64,000 nucleotides of DNA from Vicugna vicugna (taxonomy: Eukaryota). The DNA lies in contig MU058463.1 in the NCBI GenBank assembly GCA_013265495.1, forward strand, positions 3,267,037 to 3,331,036, in the 5' to 3' direction. Of the stretch, positions 50,575-62,789 are shown in pieces. A program made the position numbers and the translations under genes. Every line of letters begins with the position of its first letter. The first letter of the stretch is position 1. Below the pieces are notes generated by a model. The model was given only the letters and a program-made list of their open reading frames with translations. It made no database searches and was not told where the DNA came from.

Positions 50575-51589
50575 AGCAGAACGCTGTTTTGTAAACTGTT
50601 CACATTGGTGTCTACCACCTCCTATGGGACCCTGTAGAGACACCTCTAGTTTTTCCACTGACTGTGTACAAAAGCTATCGGCAGGAAAGGTCCTGTTGTG
50701 AACTAGCAAACAGCTGCAATCAAATCCTCCGCTGGTTGTAAAGAATGGGACTCAGTAACATTTTGTTTGTTTACTCACCAAAATACTTCTTCCTTGCCAA
50801 GTAAATTCAATTATGTTTTAACTGGTTTGAATTCAAGTTCATGCTCTCAGGATTGAAATTTCCTTTGCTAAAAGATGTCACCTCATCCAAAGTTCAAATG
50901 TTTCTTTAACAAATAACAGAAGATAACTCTGGAAGATTCTGCCCTAAAATATGAGATCCTTAGGGACACTGAACTATATTTTACTTGCAAGTTTTTTTAA
51001 AAGCATGTCACATCCAATCCAAGATTGCTCTATTGAAATATATCAAAGAGAAAAATAAATATTTATGCAAATTTTACTGAGTGATTTATGTTTTACGATA
51101 TATACAATTATGGAACAGGCTTTTGAATAAAGAACTATTTTGGTGTATTTTGGCATCAAAATTGAGTTATGAGTAAAATAGACGAGTTTGTCAGTTTTAA
51201 AACTGTTTCACATGGACAAAACAGTGATTTTCTTATATCTTATAGTTAAATATAAATAACAGAGTTTTTCTTTATTTCTCAAAAGCCAATGATACAAATT
51301 AAAATAGAATTTGGCCTAAGCATTTCAAAATGGTTACTGTGAGCAATGAAACAGTTTTGGATTCTTAAAAAGTTTTGTAAATTAATGCTTTTACAGTTAA
51401 ATCCTATTAACTAATGACCTCAAGATTAAAGAAATGACTGATAACTGACCTCTGTTTCACTCAGGCAAACTGCATTCTTCAGACTTAACTATTCATCTGG
51501 ATCATGAAAATGACCATAAAATACACCTAAATAACCATAGAAATAAAGTTTAAACAAAACATCAAGCAAAGTTTGTCCAAAAGTACTAC

Positions 51590-52150
51590 TTTTCAAATAA
51601 GTTAAACTCAATTAACATTTATAGAGCATTTAACAAGTGCAAAGCATTGTTCAAAATCTACAGGACACACAGAGATGAAAAAATATTTCCTGCCACTGAC
51701 CTTAGAATCTGTTAAGACAGACATAAAAATTATTAATGCTACTATAATGTAGAAATCATGGTTATACAATGAAAATATTTATTGACAAGATTATATTGTG
51801 AATTACTTTGACAAGTGTTTTTTATGAATTGATGTATTTGAATTCCCAAGAATCCTATGAAATAAGCACTCTTAATAGTCTTGTTTTACCAGTCCCTAGT
51901 TTTACAGGACACTGAGTCTTAAAGTTAAATGATCCAAGGTCAGAAAATTCAGAGGCAGGATTTGAACCAAGGCAGAAAGTTTGCAGAGATATGAATAAAC
52001 TAACACAAGTAGCAAGTACAGTAAAGGAGAAAAGATTAGAATGTAGACTCTAATTACTATATAGATTTGAATTTAAACTGTGGCTGTTTTTCACTAGATG
52101 TATAAACTGGGTAAATACTCAAATTAGCCTCTACAGTTTAATATTTATAA
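51590..52150. mobile_element. Adjacent L2 (-), MIR (-) and MIR (+) fragments
   Basis: caattaacatttatagagcattt..., ttttacaggacactgagtc...gcaggatttgaacc, gaatttaaactgtggctgtttttcactagatg. Confidence 0.6.
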
Positions 52151-52267
52151 CAAACCTAGTATAGCGTACTGTACTTGGCTCCTTCCTCAAAAAATCATTA
52201 TTTATATTTCACACAGGGTCTTATATAGGTTAGGAATGACAGTAATGCTAAAATAATAGTGACTCAA

Positions 52268-52463
52268 CCAGAACTAACTACTATATATGAAATAGATAAA
52301 CAACAAAGTCCTACTGTATAGCACAGGGAACTATATTCAATATCTTGAAATAACCTGTAATGAAAAAGAATATGAAAAAGAAAATACATGTTTAACTGAC
52401 TCACTATGCTGTACACCAGAAGCGAACACAACATTGTAATCAACTATACTTAAAAAAAAAAAA
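52268..52463 (+). mobile_element. Young 5'-truncated artiodactyl/camelid L1 3' end with poly(A)
   Basis: aaatagataaacaacaaagtcctactgtatagcacagggaactatattcaatatcttg...tcactatgctgtacaccagaagcgaacacaacattgtaatcaactatact, A12 tail; TSD gactcaa at 52261-67 and 52464-70. Confidence 0.92.
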
Positions 52464-52479
52464 GACTCAAATTCTCAAG

Positions 52480-52910
52480 TGTGCATTTTCTCATGCAAAA
52501 GAAGATGAGGGTTAAAAATTCCAGGATTGGTGTGGTAGCTTCAAGAAGTCACCAGATACCCAGACTCTCCTGTCTTTCTGCTTTACCATTTTTGATGTGT
52601 TGCTTCCAGAGTTAAGGTGACCTCATGATCCAGAATGGATGCTGGAGTTCCAACCAGTTCATTCACATTCCAGGGAGCAGAAAGAAAAATTGAAGAAAGC
52701 AAAATGAATCTGCTTTTAAAGTCCCTTTTAAGGGTCTCCTTGGAAGTCTCTCACAACACATTTACTCTTACACATCTAAATTGGATGCTTCAAGCTTTCT
52801 GGGAATTGTCATTATTTGAAGTGGCCCCATGGTCTGTTAAAGATTGGCATTCTGTTCGTAAGAAAGGAGAGAAGGGATATTGGATTGACAACTGGCACTG
52901 TCTCTCATGA
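52480..52910 (+). mobile_element. MLT1J-like LTR
   Basis: gtctttctgctttaccatttttgatgtg, acctcatgatccagaatggatgctggagttcc, cattctgttcgtaagaaaggagagaagggatattggattgacaactggcactgtc. Confidence 0.78.
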
Positions 52911-53349
52911 CTCTGATGACAACACATAAAGTAAAAATAATGTAGAATCTTGAGGAAAGAAAACTAGATACAATTTTCACTTCCTGAACACAAAGGGAGA
53001 GAACACGCTACCTCACAAGCATTTATTTGTTCACATAAATAAATTACACAGACCCCAAAGATGGCATCAGAGAGAAGAATTTCCTCATAAAGTATGATAG
53101 CGGGCATTCCTATGACATTGATAATTCCCAGGAATTACCATTCAAAGCTTCCAAGTAGGAAGCTTCCCTGGGCTGCCAGCATCAGAGGTAATTCCAGGAA
53201 GGAGCAGCAGGGGGAGCCCATGGGACAGGAAGGCCCTCCTGGAAGTCTCTCTTGGCCTGCAATCCACCACCAACTCCCTAAACCCCCATTTCAAACTTTG
53301 CAGCTGTCCTGACCATTGGTAGGAAAACAGAATGATCTCTACACAAGGG

Positions 53350-53580
53350 GTTCAAAAAGCCTTGGAACTGTGGCTGACAGCATCGAGTTAGTGCCCCATC
53401 TCCCTGAAAAACAGTCTAGCAGCCAACCTTTGGCACCATCACCCATTATAAGTCTTGATCTACTCATCATAAAGCTGGGGTGGTAATACTAACGGTGCCT
53501 ACCACATGCAGTTGCTTTCAGGATTAAGAGCTTGGGAGAGTACTTCATACTTAGCAAACACTCAATAAATATTGGCTATT
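53350..53580 (+). mobile_element. MIR SINE
   Basis: ctcatcataaagctggggtggtaatactaacggtgcctacc...caggattaagag...cttagcaaacactcaataaatattggctatt. Confidence 0.7.
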
Positions 53581-55084
53581 CTGCACGTTGGAGTAATACA
53601 TGTTGGTAGACGGTGGAATCCACTTACTAGCTAAGTAGCTTAAATTTCTAAGTCTCAACTTGAGTTATCTGGCACCTAGCAGATATGGAATAAAATGTAA
53701 TGATTTTTTGTGATAATTATAATACATATTTAACTATGAAATGTGTATATATATGTATGAGGAAGAGTAACTGAATTTTCTCAGGATGAGTTCTGGAAAT
53801 TTTCTCTTACAGATTATTTAACTGCAAGTGTTTTTTATTATAATATGCCAGTGAACTCATTTAATATATTTCCTTCTGTCTTCATACCTTCTCAAGTGAT
53901 GATACAATAAGGTATATTATTTAAAGAGCAGAAATGCATTTGACTTGGTCATAAATTAGTGTAACTAGTCAGATCTGCCTCTTAGATCTGACACAAACTG
54001 CTCTCTTTAGATGATAATACAGAATGTTGAAATAAGTCTGGACGCGTAAGCTAACGTTTTGATTCCACTAGCATGTGCAAAACTCATTGTATTGAAGCTA
54101 CAGTCTCAAAAGAGATCATCTTTTATCTGCCAAATTTTAAAGGCTCCAGACTTCTGAATTCCAGAAATGTGTTCACTGACCTAAATATTTGGAAAGGGGG
54201 TAAATGCATTTTCCCAAAAAGGGAATAAATCTACTACAGAAAAATCAGCCAGGGAGGGAGAGAGATTACCCTTGGCACAAGCACGGTTAGATTTATACAC
54301 AGTGCATTGCTTGATGATGTATTTAGCGCACTGTTATAGTCAGGAAAGGTACAGTTAGGCCAGGACACCGCATGCCAAGAGTGCCAAGCAACTGTTTTCA
54401 GGAACCAAGTTATTTGTCTAAGTGTTGTTGGCAAAGACCAATGACAGGTTTTAATGGTAAAAATCCAGATATTAGGGAATTGTTTGAATTATTTTGCAGA
54501 TGAATTATAAATCCAGAAGTTGATAACTTCTAATACCAGAGAAAGTCTATGACATTTAGGGTAAGATCCCTTCCTATGCACTATGTCTGAAAACCAGCAG
54601 TCACCAGGGGACAGCTGGCATGTTCCAGCCAGTGCTACTTTCTTACTGCAGTTTTGGGTCACTGCAGCATCGGAAGAGACTGTTCCCGCTGCTTCAGTTC
54701 TAAAATGATACGTGCGAGGATCATTTGAGTGCAAATACTCATGTGCTATAGAGCTCTTCAACCTCATCATTCTGTGAACATTCAGAATATGAGCCCTGCA
54801 AACAGAACACAGTAACTTGGAAATATATCAGCTTTGTATTTCAAATCTTGACACTCCCACTGATTATGGGTTTCTCCCATGCCCTCACCAACAACTCAAT
54901 CACCCCCTTCCTTTCCCTAAAGGTGTTCATCAGGCATAGGAAGCTGTCAGAATCAGGTGTTTAAGACTAGTAATACTCAAATATTATTTTTCCAAGAAAA
55001 AATTACTCATATTATAATCTCTTATTAAATAGCCTAATAACCAAAAAAACATTTAAACAAATAATTGTGACATTTTTGATATAG

Positions 55085-55190
55085 CAGGAAGAACACTGGG
55101 CTTGAGTTAAGAAAATTAGAATTCAAATTCTGCTTCTAGCTCCATGGACTGTGACCTTGAGTTAGTCTCTAAGTTCCAGTTCTTTGTCTA
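55085..55190 (+). mobile_element. MIR fragment
   Basis: gaattcaaattctgcttctagctccatggactgtgaccttgagttagtctctaagttccagttctttgtc. Confidence 0.65.
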
Positions 55191-55237
55191 CTAATTCACT
55201 CATTCACTAAATGCCCAATTTACATTCTATTCTATTC

Positions 55238-55785
55238 TGTGGGAGCCCATGATTGGGTTAACAAATTGTAACATGCTTAGTACCTGCCTTGAGGTTTTAG
55301 CAATGACCCAGGCCCTGGGCTATAAACGCTGGGCGTGCTTGCTGTTAGTCTTCTATCCCCAAAACAGCCTTGGGCTGGAATGGTAAAAAGCTGCAGACTC
55401 AGAGGTGAGAAGGCTTGTTAGCCAATGACGGGTAAGATCCCCTGAGGGGGCAACCTAAGACAGGCACGGCAGCCTGAGTCCAAGAAAAATCTTGTTAAGC
55501 AGCTGATTCTTATATGTTCCACCCTGATAGGCTGAAAGGCTCAACACAATTATGATTCACCAAAAAGGGTCTTCTGACTTTGAGCCAAACACCAACAATA
55601 AACAAAGCCTTTGTACTCATTGTGATCCCACCCTGTCCTTCCCTAAATTCCTGCTTTGACTGTACTCAATAAAAGAGTTGCCTCTCCCTCTCACTCTCTT
55701 GACTTTTCCTCAGAGTCTTGAGTAATTCATTCTGTCTCGGTGGGACTTCTGCCGGCCAGAACCCACAACTGGTGACGAACCCACA
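55238..55785 (+). mobile_element. Betaretrovirus (ERVK/ERV2)-like LTR with duplicated terminus, inserted in an L2
   Basis: TGTGGG...CCCACA inverted termini; flanking ctattc at 55232-37 and 55786-91; AATAAAA at about 55668; agccaatgacgggtaag...aacctaagacaggc motif; several CpGs retained. Confidence 0.82.
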
Positions 55786-56430
55786 CTATTCTATTCTAGA
55801 CCTAGTTGTACAGAAGTAAAGAGACAATCGCTATTCTAGACTTAGCTGTACAGAAGTAAAGAGACAAATTTCCTGCTTCTGAAAGACATTTAAGAAATTC
55901 AACATTGGGTATGGAAAGTGCTATGATGAAAAATATAGCAACGTAAGGAGTCAAATGTCATAGGAGGTAGCATTCCTGAAAGGGAGGTAAACAGACCTGA
56001 ATGAGGTGGAGATGGGGATGTCTAGGGGAAGAATATTTTAGGATTTTCAGGAACAATAGAAGTGCTTCTATGTTTAAGGAAAAGCGAGGAGTCCCGTGCA
56101 GCTGAGGTAGAGTGAGTGGGAAGGTGCAGGCAGGAGGCTGGAGAGCGGGTCTGGTGCCGAATCACGTGGTGCCTGGAGACTAAGGGAGGGATTTGGACTT
56201 CATTCCAAGCATGAGAAGAAGCCACTGGAGTGAGCTAAGTGAGTGGCATTCCTAACTGATCAGTTTGAGTGCTGTGTGGAGAACGGACTCTCAGGGTCCA
56301 CAGTGGGAACAGGGGGATCGGGATCTGTAGAGCAAAACATGAAAATGCCATGCACACTCTGTGATGATCTTTAAGCCTGTTACAGCTGACCATGAACAGT
56401 AACTTGAAGGAAGGAATGGCTTCTTTGCCA
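55786..56430 (-). mobile_element. L2 fragment (its 3' tip lies at 55190-55237, before the LTR)
   Basis: cattcattcactaaatg before the LTR; gcattcctgaaagggagg, ggggaagaatatttta, gccactggagtgag after it. Confidence 0.75.
55791..55867 (+). repeat. 40-bp period tandem duplication
   Basis: ctattctagacctagttgtacagaagtaaagagacaa, tcg, then ctattctagacttagctgtacagaagtaaagagacaa (2 mismatches in 37). Confidence 0.95.
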
Positions 56431-56949
56431 ATGAACTTGGCTGTCATCAAACACTTGTCTATTTTCTCCTGTGATGCTGTCCCAGGACCTTTAGATTCTT
56501 GGGTCTCAGCTGTTTATCCACGGAAGGTATTAAATACTTTCTAAAGGCTGGTCTGAGAATACTGGCCTCACTCTGCCCCATCCCTACAAGAAAATGACCC
56601 TAAACTATTTTCCTAAATGAATGTCATCCCTGGAAATTCTGTATTCTGCTCCTCTCTGGGCTGTACCTTCCGACGGGACAAAACTTGCTCCCCTAACACT
56701 CAAGTAAGTGCAGCACACAGTAGGACCAGAAAGAATAATTTTAAGATAAAACTTAAAGGATACTACATAATATTTTGTCTATTCTGGCAACAGGTTCCTG
56801 ACTCTTTTCCAGTTTGAGTCCATATGATTCAAGTATAGAAAAGATCCACAAAGAGATTCTTTTAGAAGTTATTCATTTTAATTCCATAGGAAATACAGAA
56901 ATAGCTTTTCTCCTGGTCAAATTAAAAAAAAACTAAAATGCACTAGATT

Positions 56950-58270
56950 AGACCAAGTCCCTTCTGACTACCACCTCTAGTCTTCATTAACCCTCTCTTC
57001 TGGGTTAACCACAAATAAGAATTTGGTGTGTATCCTTTCAGAACTTTTTCTATGCCTTTATTTTTCTTGTATATATCATGCCATTGGTATAATTTAGTAT
57101 TTATTTTTCTTTTTACACATTTACAAATATGGCATATTTTTGTGAGTTCTCTTTCTTTTTTATATATTCATTAAAAAGTATGCTGCAAATTGCATTGTGC
57201 TTCTAGTAACAGTAGAACTTTCTAGAAATATATGTGTATCTTATTCCTTTTAACTGCTGCAATGCCTTCTACAACACAAGTGTACCATACATTGTTCAGC
57301 CACTTCCACTTTGATAAAATTTCTCTTTTGTTTCTCTAGTAAGGCTCAGGCTGCAATAAACACCCTTATATGTAATTACTTGTTCACATGAAAACATCAT
57401 GTGTATTTCTCTAGAATAATTGCCAAAAGTAAAGTGCTAGTCATATGCTATATGCATTTTGATTTAACTAAATAATAGCAAATTAATCACAAAGTAGAAC
57501 GTATTTATAGTTTTATCAGCAGAGATTTACCTATGTATTGGCCAAGACTTTGATTGATTGATTGATTTAGTTACCACCATTCTAGCAAGTGAAAAGTGCT
57601 ATCTCATTTTTGGTCTAAACAGTTTCCCTTATTCCTAGAAAATTTGACTAGCTTTACATAGTCTTATTGATAATTTGTAATTCTATATATGTCAATTATA
57701 TATTTAATTCTTTAACCATTTTTCATTGTGTTGTCTTTTTCTTATATATTTGTGGAAGTTATTTATGTGTTTTAAATACTAATTTTTTTGTCTATTATCT
57801 ACTCTTATAATATTTTCTCCTGATTTATTTTTCCTTTAATAGCTTTAGGATATCTTTTGTCACATAAAAGCTTGAAATTCTGATTTAAAGAATCAAATTT
57901 ATCATTTTCATCTATGGTTCTTCCAGTATAACTTTGTTTTTAGTTTTTGTTTTAAAAAATCATTCCTACCCCAATTAATATGTACATATTTCTATGCTTC
58001 TTAGATTTATTTGTCAGTTTATTCATTTATTAATCTGTCTAGTATTTACATTTAGATATTTAAGCCATTTGGATGCATCTTTACTAACAGTGAGGAGTAA
58101 AAATCCAAAAATAATTTTCCAAATGGAAAGCTAATTGTCTCAAAACTGTTTCATTGGATTGTTCACCTTTCTAATCAGATTTTAAATTTTTCATCTTGGC
58201 TGTATACTGGATTTCTACACACACAGATACATGTTCAGACTAGTTTTTCCATTAATGTAACTAGCTTCTA
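56950..58270 (-). mobile_element. Ancient L1ME 3' region
   Basis: ggtgtgtatcctttcagaactttttctatg, gtgaaaagtgctatctcatt, ttccaaatggaaagctaattgtctcaaaac. Confidence 0.8.
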
Positions 58271-58314
58271 GGTCCCCTTCCCCGACATTCTTAACTTGAG
58301 GCTCACATTTACAA

Positions 58315-58680
58315 CTGTGTTAATATGCTTTAGGTTGTAAGTAGTGGAAAACTCAATTGAAATATATAAACAATTAGTGGAACTATTGAAAAGTCTGATA
58401 AATTGAAAAGTTACTAAAAAAGTCCAGAAGTAGGGTCAGATTCATGCCAGACCTGGTCTAGTGCCTCACGTGACATGAGCAGGAAACAAGTTTCTTAGCT
58501 GCCAAACAGCTCCTCTCTCCCCATTTCACAGCTTTGCTTTGTTAGCACTGACTCTATTTTTGGCAGACCCCTTGCCAGGGTACAGACAGGTGAAAAAGAA
58601 AAATCTGTGCCCAGAAGTTCAAGAAAAATTTTCTGAAATTTACTATACTGAATCTTTGAATTAAAATCCACCATCAGGAG
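58315..58680 (+). mobile_element. MLT1 (K/L-like) LTR fragment
   Basis: tgtgttaatatgctttaggttgtaagtagtggaaaactcaa..., gttagcactgactctatttttggcagac. Confidence 0.55.
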
Positions 58681-58699
58681 GGTAGGGAAAATCTGAATG

Positions 58700-59200
58700 A
58701 AGGCTACAAATGGGACAAGGCTGGTTACACATCTTAACTCAGGCACTTTTGCTTGAGCAACTGGGTGGGATGGTGGTGCCATTAACTGATACAGGGACAA
58801 CTCCAGGAAGAAAATGCTGGAGTTGGGTGCAGTGAAATGTCAGGAGTTTATTTCAGATGGGTTCATGTGAAATGTTTGTGAGATATCTAAATGGATATAT
58901 CAAGTAGGCAGCTGGATACATGAGTCTGAAGCTTAGGGGAAAGCTTTGGGTTACAGATAGAAATATGGGATTTATCCTGGATTTAAATTCTATAGATGAA
59001 ACATAAAGCTATGGAAATAGATAAAATCTAGGAAGAGAATTTAGAAAGAAATCAGAAGAAATCCTAGGATTTTCCTTTGAGTTACTCCAGAGGTTAGAGG
59101 TTAGGGAAAAGAAGCCACGCTACAAAAGACCCTGAGAACGTGCCTTCAGTGAAACAGAAGTTAAACAGAGAGTGTGGACCACAGTCTTGGAGTATCTCGA
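58700..59200 (-). mobile_element. L2 fragment
   Basis: gcttgagcaactgggtgggatggtggtgccattaactgatacaggg, gagatatctaaatggatatatcaagtaggcagctggatacatgagtctgaagc. Confidence 0.85.
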
Positions 59201-59349
59201 CATATAAAGCAGGTAATCTAAAATATGGAAGCACATTTGTGACGCTCCAGACAAGAGAGACAAATAATAATTAACTAATTCCCATGTGGACATTGCTATA
59301 CAACCCTTTAAAGTTCATGATCAAAGAATGTTAGAAGGCACCTAGATGC

Positions 59350-59480
59350 ACTTGGTGAAGGAGCAGTCTTGGAATCAGAGAACAGTGACTGTCTAATTTT
59401 ACCATGTGCTAAATGGAACCAATCTACTTTATGGGGTTGCTGTGAAGATGGATTATAAGACATATGTGAATCCCTGACAG
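59350..59480 (+). mobile_element. MIR fragment
   Basis: ctactttatggggttgctgtgaagatggatt. Confidence 0.55.
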
Positions 59481-61062
59481 GTGTTTTATTTTCTTCTTCT
59501 CACCAGGAAAAGGAAAAGAGGGGAAGGGAGTGCACTGGGGAGAGTAGCTCTGCATATCCAGGTCTACACTGAGAGGTTAATAGCGCTCTACTCCCCACAG
59601 CAGGGCTTCATGGAGAATGTGGCTGGTCAGAAGCTGCTTTCATGGCAGGGAGGACATGACCTGGCCTGGCTGTTCTTTCTCAACCTTTTGAAATCTTCGC
59701 TCCTCCTTTTCCTCCCACACACAATAGCTACGGAAGTCATCTCACATTGCAGTATAATTTCTAATCATTTTAATCACCTCTAAAGGAGCGACAGTGTCTA
59801 CTGTGAGGTGATACCTTCTACATCTTGAGTTTATGTCTGAGTCTCTCTTGACTCCGGGTCATTTAGACATTGCCTCCTCCAACTCCATACCCCTGTGGCA
59901 GCATTTTATAGTCCTTATTCTTCTAACAATTGCTTTTCTCAAAGACTCCTTCATGCATTAGTAGACTTTTTGGCATAGACCATGCTTTGGGAAGTAATCA
60001 CATCTCCCGTCACTTTGATTTACTTCACAACTCCAGGGTTACAAGATATCTTTGCTTGGACTTAGTCTTCTAGAATATTTTGACATTGCAAAACTGAAGA
60101 GTATATTGTACCAAACAATGCTGTCCTCAGTACGGGGAGCAACCAAATGACCTAATTCATCTTTCCAGCTTCTAACTTCTATGGTATCTTACAGTATAGA
60201 ATCTATTCATGGCATAATAGTCCTTTATATTTAGAAATGAATATATCATCTAATTCTTTATTTCCATGTTGAACCACAATGAAGTTTCTGATGAAACCAC
60301 ACATTAAAGTTAGAAAACAGATGAATATCCTTCAATATCTGCTAAATTCCTTTGATTAAAAGGTAGAATTGAAATTGATGAGGTCTATACATTTTGTAAT
60401 TATCTGAGTTATTCTTGTGCAGGCAGTAAAAAGAGAACAAGAGCACATGCTCCTCTTCTAAGTCATATTTATCTTTCACCAAAACTTTTCACCCAGCCTA
60501 AAATCAGGCAATCATCTGGTATCTTTGGCTGTAGTACATCAGTCCCACTTGCTGCACTAGATAAAGTATATGAATAATGTTCTGTTTTATCATTATCAGG
60601 GTTTAAGTATAGCAAGCACTTCAGATCTTCAAAGATATTTGTCATTGTTAATTACAATGATATAATTAGAAACAACAGGATCTGACTGATCCAGTGGAAC
60701 TTTCTTGCCGACAGTTTGTTAGCATTTCCCAAGCAATTTAAGAAATTCTTCATATTTTGAAGAAAAACATACATCTACTTTCTTGGTTTGCTGTTCTACA
60801 CATTAACAGAGAGAAAAAACTAAATTCCATTCATTGTTAAACGGTATACTCGATCTGTGAAGAGGGCCCATTTGTCTTTTATGTACCACATGAGACAAAT
60901 GCTCATCCTAAAATCTGGTTCCCAGGACAGCCCCTGACAGATGGTGATATGGTTATAGATACATCCAGGAGTGGTAGATATTTACTGGGTGATTTCCATC
61001 AAAGTCATTAAAAGAAAAGCATTTATCACAGATGATTAAAAAAAGTGATATTTTGTTAATCA

Positions 61063-61138
61063 TTTTTAATAGACTTTATTTTTTAGAGCATTTTTAGGTT
61101 CTCAGCAAAATTGAGTGGCAGGCAGAGAGATTTCCCAT
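61063..61138 (-). mobile_element. Short L1MA/L1MB 3' terminal fragment
   Basis: ttttaatagactttattttttagagcatttttaggttctcagcaaaattgagtggcaggcagagagatttcccat. Confidence 0.75.
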
Positions 61139-61602
61139 TAATAATTTTTTACACCATGTGAGGCTGTCAAAAATGCAAAAGCAAGGCTGCTTTCTAAGTG
61201 GCCCATAATTAGTAAATGGATTCAAGGGCAAAGACAAGAGTAAAGGTAGATATAATTGACACAGCTGCATCACTGGCGGGCTCCTGGTCCACTTGCACAG
61301 CTGAGGCAGGCTAACCCTGTTTAGCAGCTGGAATACATCCAGCAGTCAGCATAGGCCCTGAGCAAGTGGCTGAATCCCTGGGAAGAAGGGTATGAAGAAA
61401 GGGTAGCCTGGCTACCTGAAGAGGAGCAAAGAAAGGTCTTCAGGAGTCTGTGGGAACCCAACATCAGAATCATAAGATTTCCAGATCATTCCAGCCAGGG
61501 ATATTTTAAATAAATATTTTATAAGTCATTCCAAAGTTTTGGTCTATTCTGATACTCCGACCACCTTGCAAATAGAGGGCTCCTAGCAACCTGAATAAAG
61601 TA

Positions 61603-62032
61603 TATCAACTGAAAAAGAGACACAATCTAAAATTGAAAATTCTGTTTTATTTTGTGGACTTTCTGAGGACTCAAGCGGGGGAGTTAGCCTCTCAGATTGC
61701 TCTAAGGGACCTGCTACAAAGAGGCAAGGGAGGAGCCAGGTCTTTTTTACAACAAAGACCAGATAGTCAGATCATCGAAAGATTAGTTAATTAAAGAAAA
61801 CAAGCTATCTCAAGGAATTTAGTGCTTTTTTACTTATGGGAAGATACAAGACTCTAGGCTCATTGAAATCATTCCTTTGGTAAGCACCTTAGCTACCTAG
61901 GGCCAGTATCCTGCTCTTTCCCATCCTGAGTCCCCTTAGGGGCTCCGCCTCAGGGGTAGGAGGGGGTGAGGTGGCTTGATGGCTGCAACATCCTTTGCTC
62001 ACTGATACAGCAGGCAACATATTTTATTTACA
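61603..62032 (-). mobile_element. ERV1-class solo LTR (laurasiatherian/artiodactyl family)
   Basis: tatcaactgaaaaagagacacaatctaaaattg ... tgatggctgcaacatcctttgctcactgatacagcaggcaacatattttatttaca; 4-bp TSD agta/agca. Confidence 0.82.
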
Positions 62033-62789
62033 AGCACCTCAAGCCTTTACTTATAATCTCATTAGGACCTTGAACCTGAGAGCAGATCCACTCGGTAATG
62101 CTCAGTAAGACTCATGTGATTCAGGGACCCCTTTTCACTTCAACAGTTACCAGGTTTGATCAATGAGAAAAGCCAGTGGGCCTGTCCAGGGGGTCATCAC
62201 AACCTGCCCTGTGAAATCAGGGAAACTCAGTGTTGTGGTAACTGATATTATTGGTGTTTATATGAATAAAACGTTTACATTTTATTGCCTCTTTCTTTCG
62301 TTTTACCACAGTTTCAACACCTAGCATTTTCTTACCGTTGACTTAAAAATTATTCAACTAGAGCTGATTAGTAGTCTATAATTTTTCTCTCTATTTTACC
62401 CACATAAGAGAACCTTCTCCCCATTTCTCATTCAGATTTCCAGGGCACATGATAAGGTATGAAAAATGGCTAATCTGAGTGTCAAAAGCCCATCTTCACA
62501 TGGCGAAGATTCATAAATGCTTCAGGAAAATGAACAATTTATAAAAGCAAGAAGGTCCAAGCTGTTCTTTCTTAAAACCGTGTATGCAGCAGTCCAGAGA
62601 AGATTAATTTCAAATCCCTCTATTTTTTTAAAAGCACAAGTTATGAAGCACTATAAATAATCTTATGATATCTCTTAATAAATAAATAAAATTAGTGTAC
62701 CTCCAAGGCCTGAATGTTCTTTGTGTTTTTGCTGATTTACCACATTTTCTCATAACTGCATCATATCACTACTCATAAATCACTGCGTA

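Noticed and set aside
53094-53312. GEPMGQEGPPGS as a collagen-like exon
   Set aside because: Only three Gly-X-Y triplets, register broken, no 54-nt-type exon boundaries.
53968-53992. 9-bp inverted repeat gtcagatct/agatctgac (also catttgtct/agacaaatg at about 60869-60901)
   Set aside because: Stems of 9 bp with short loops are expected a few times by chance in 64 kb; no supporting context.
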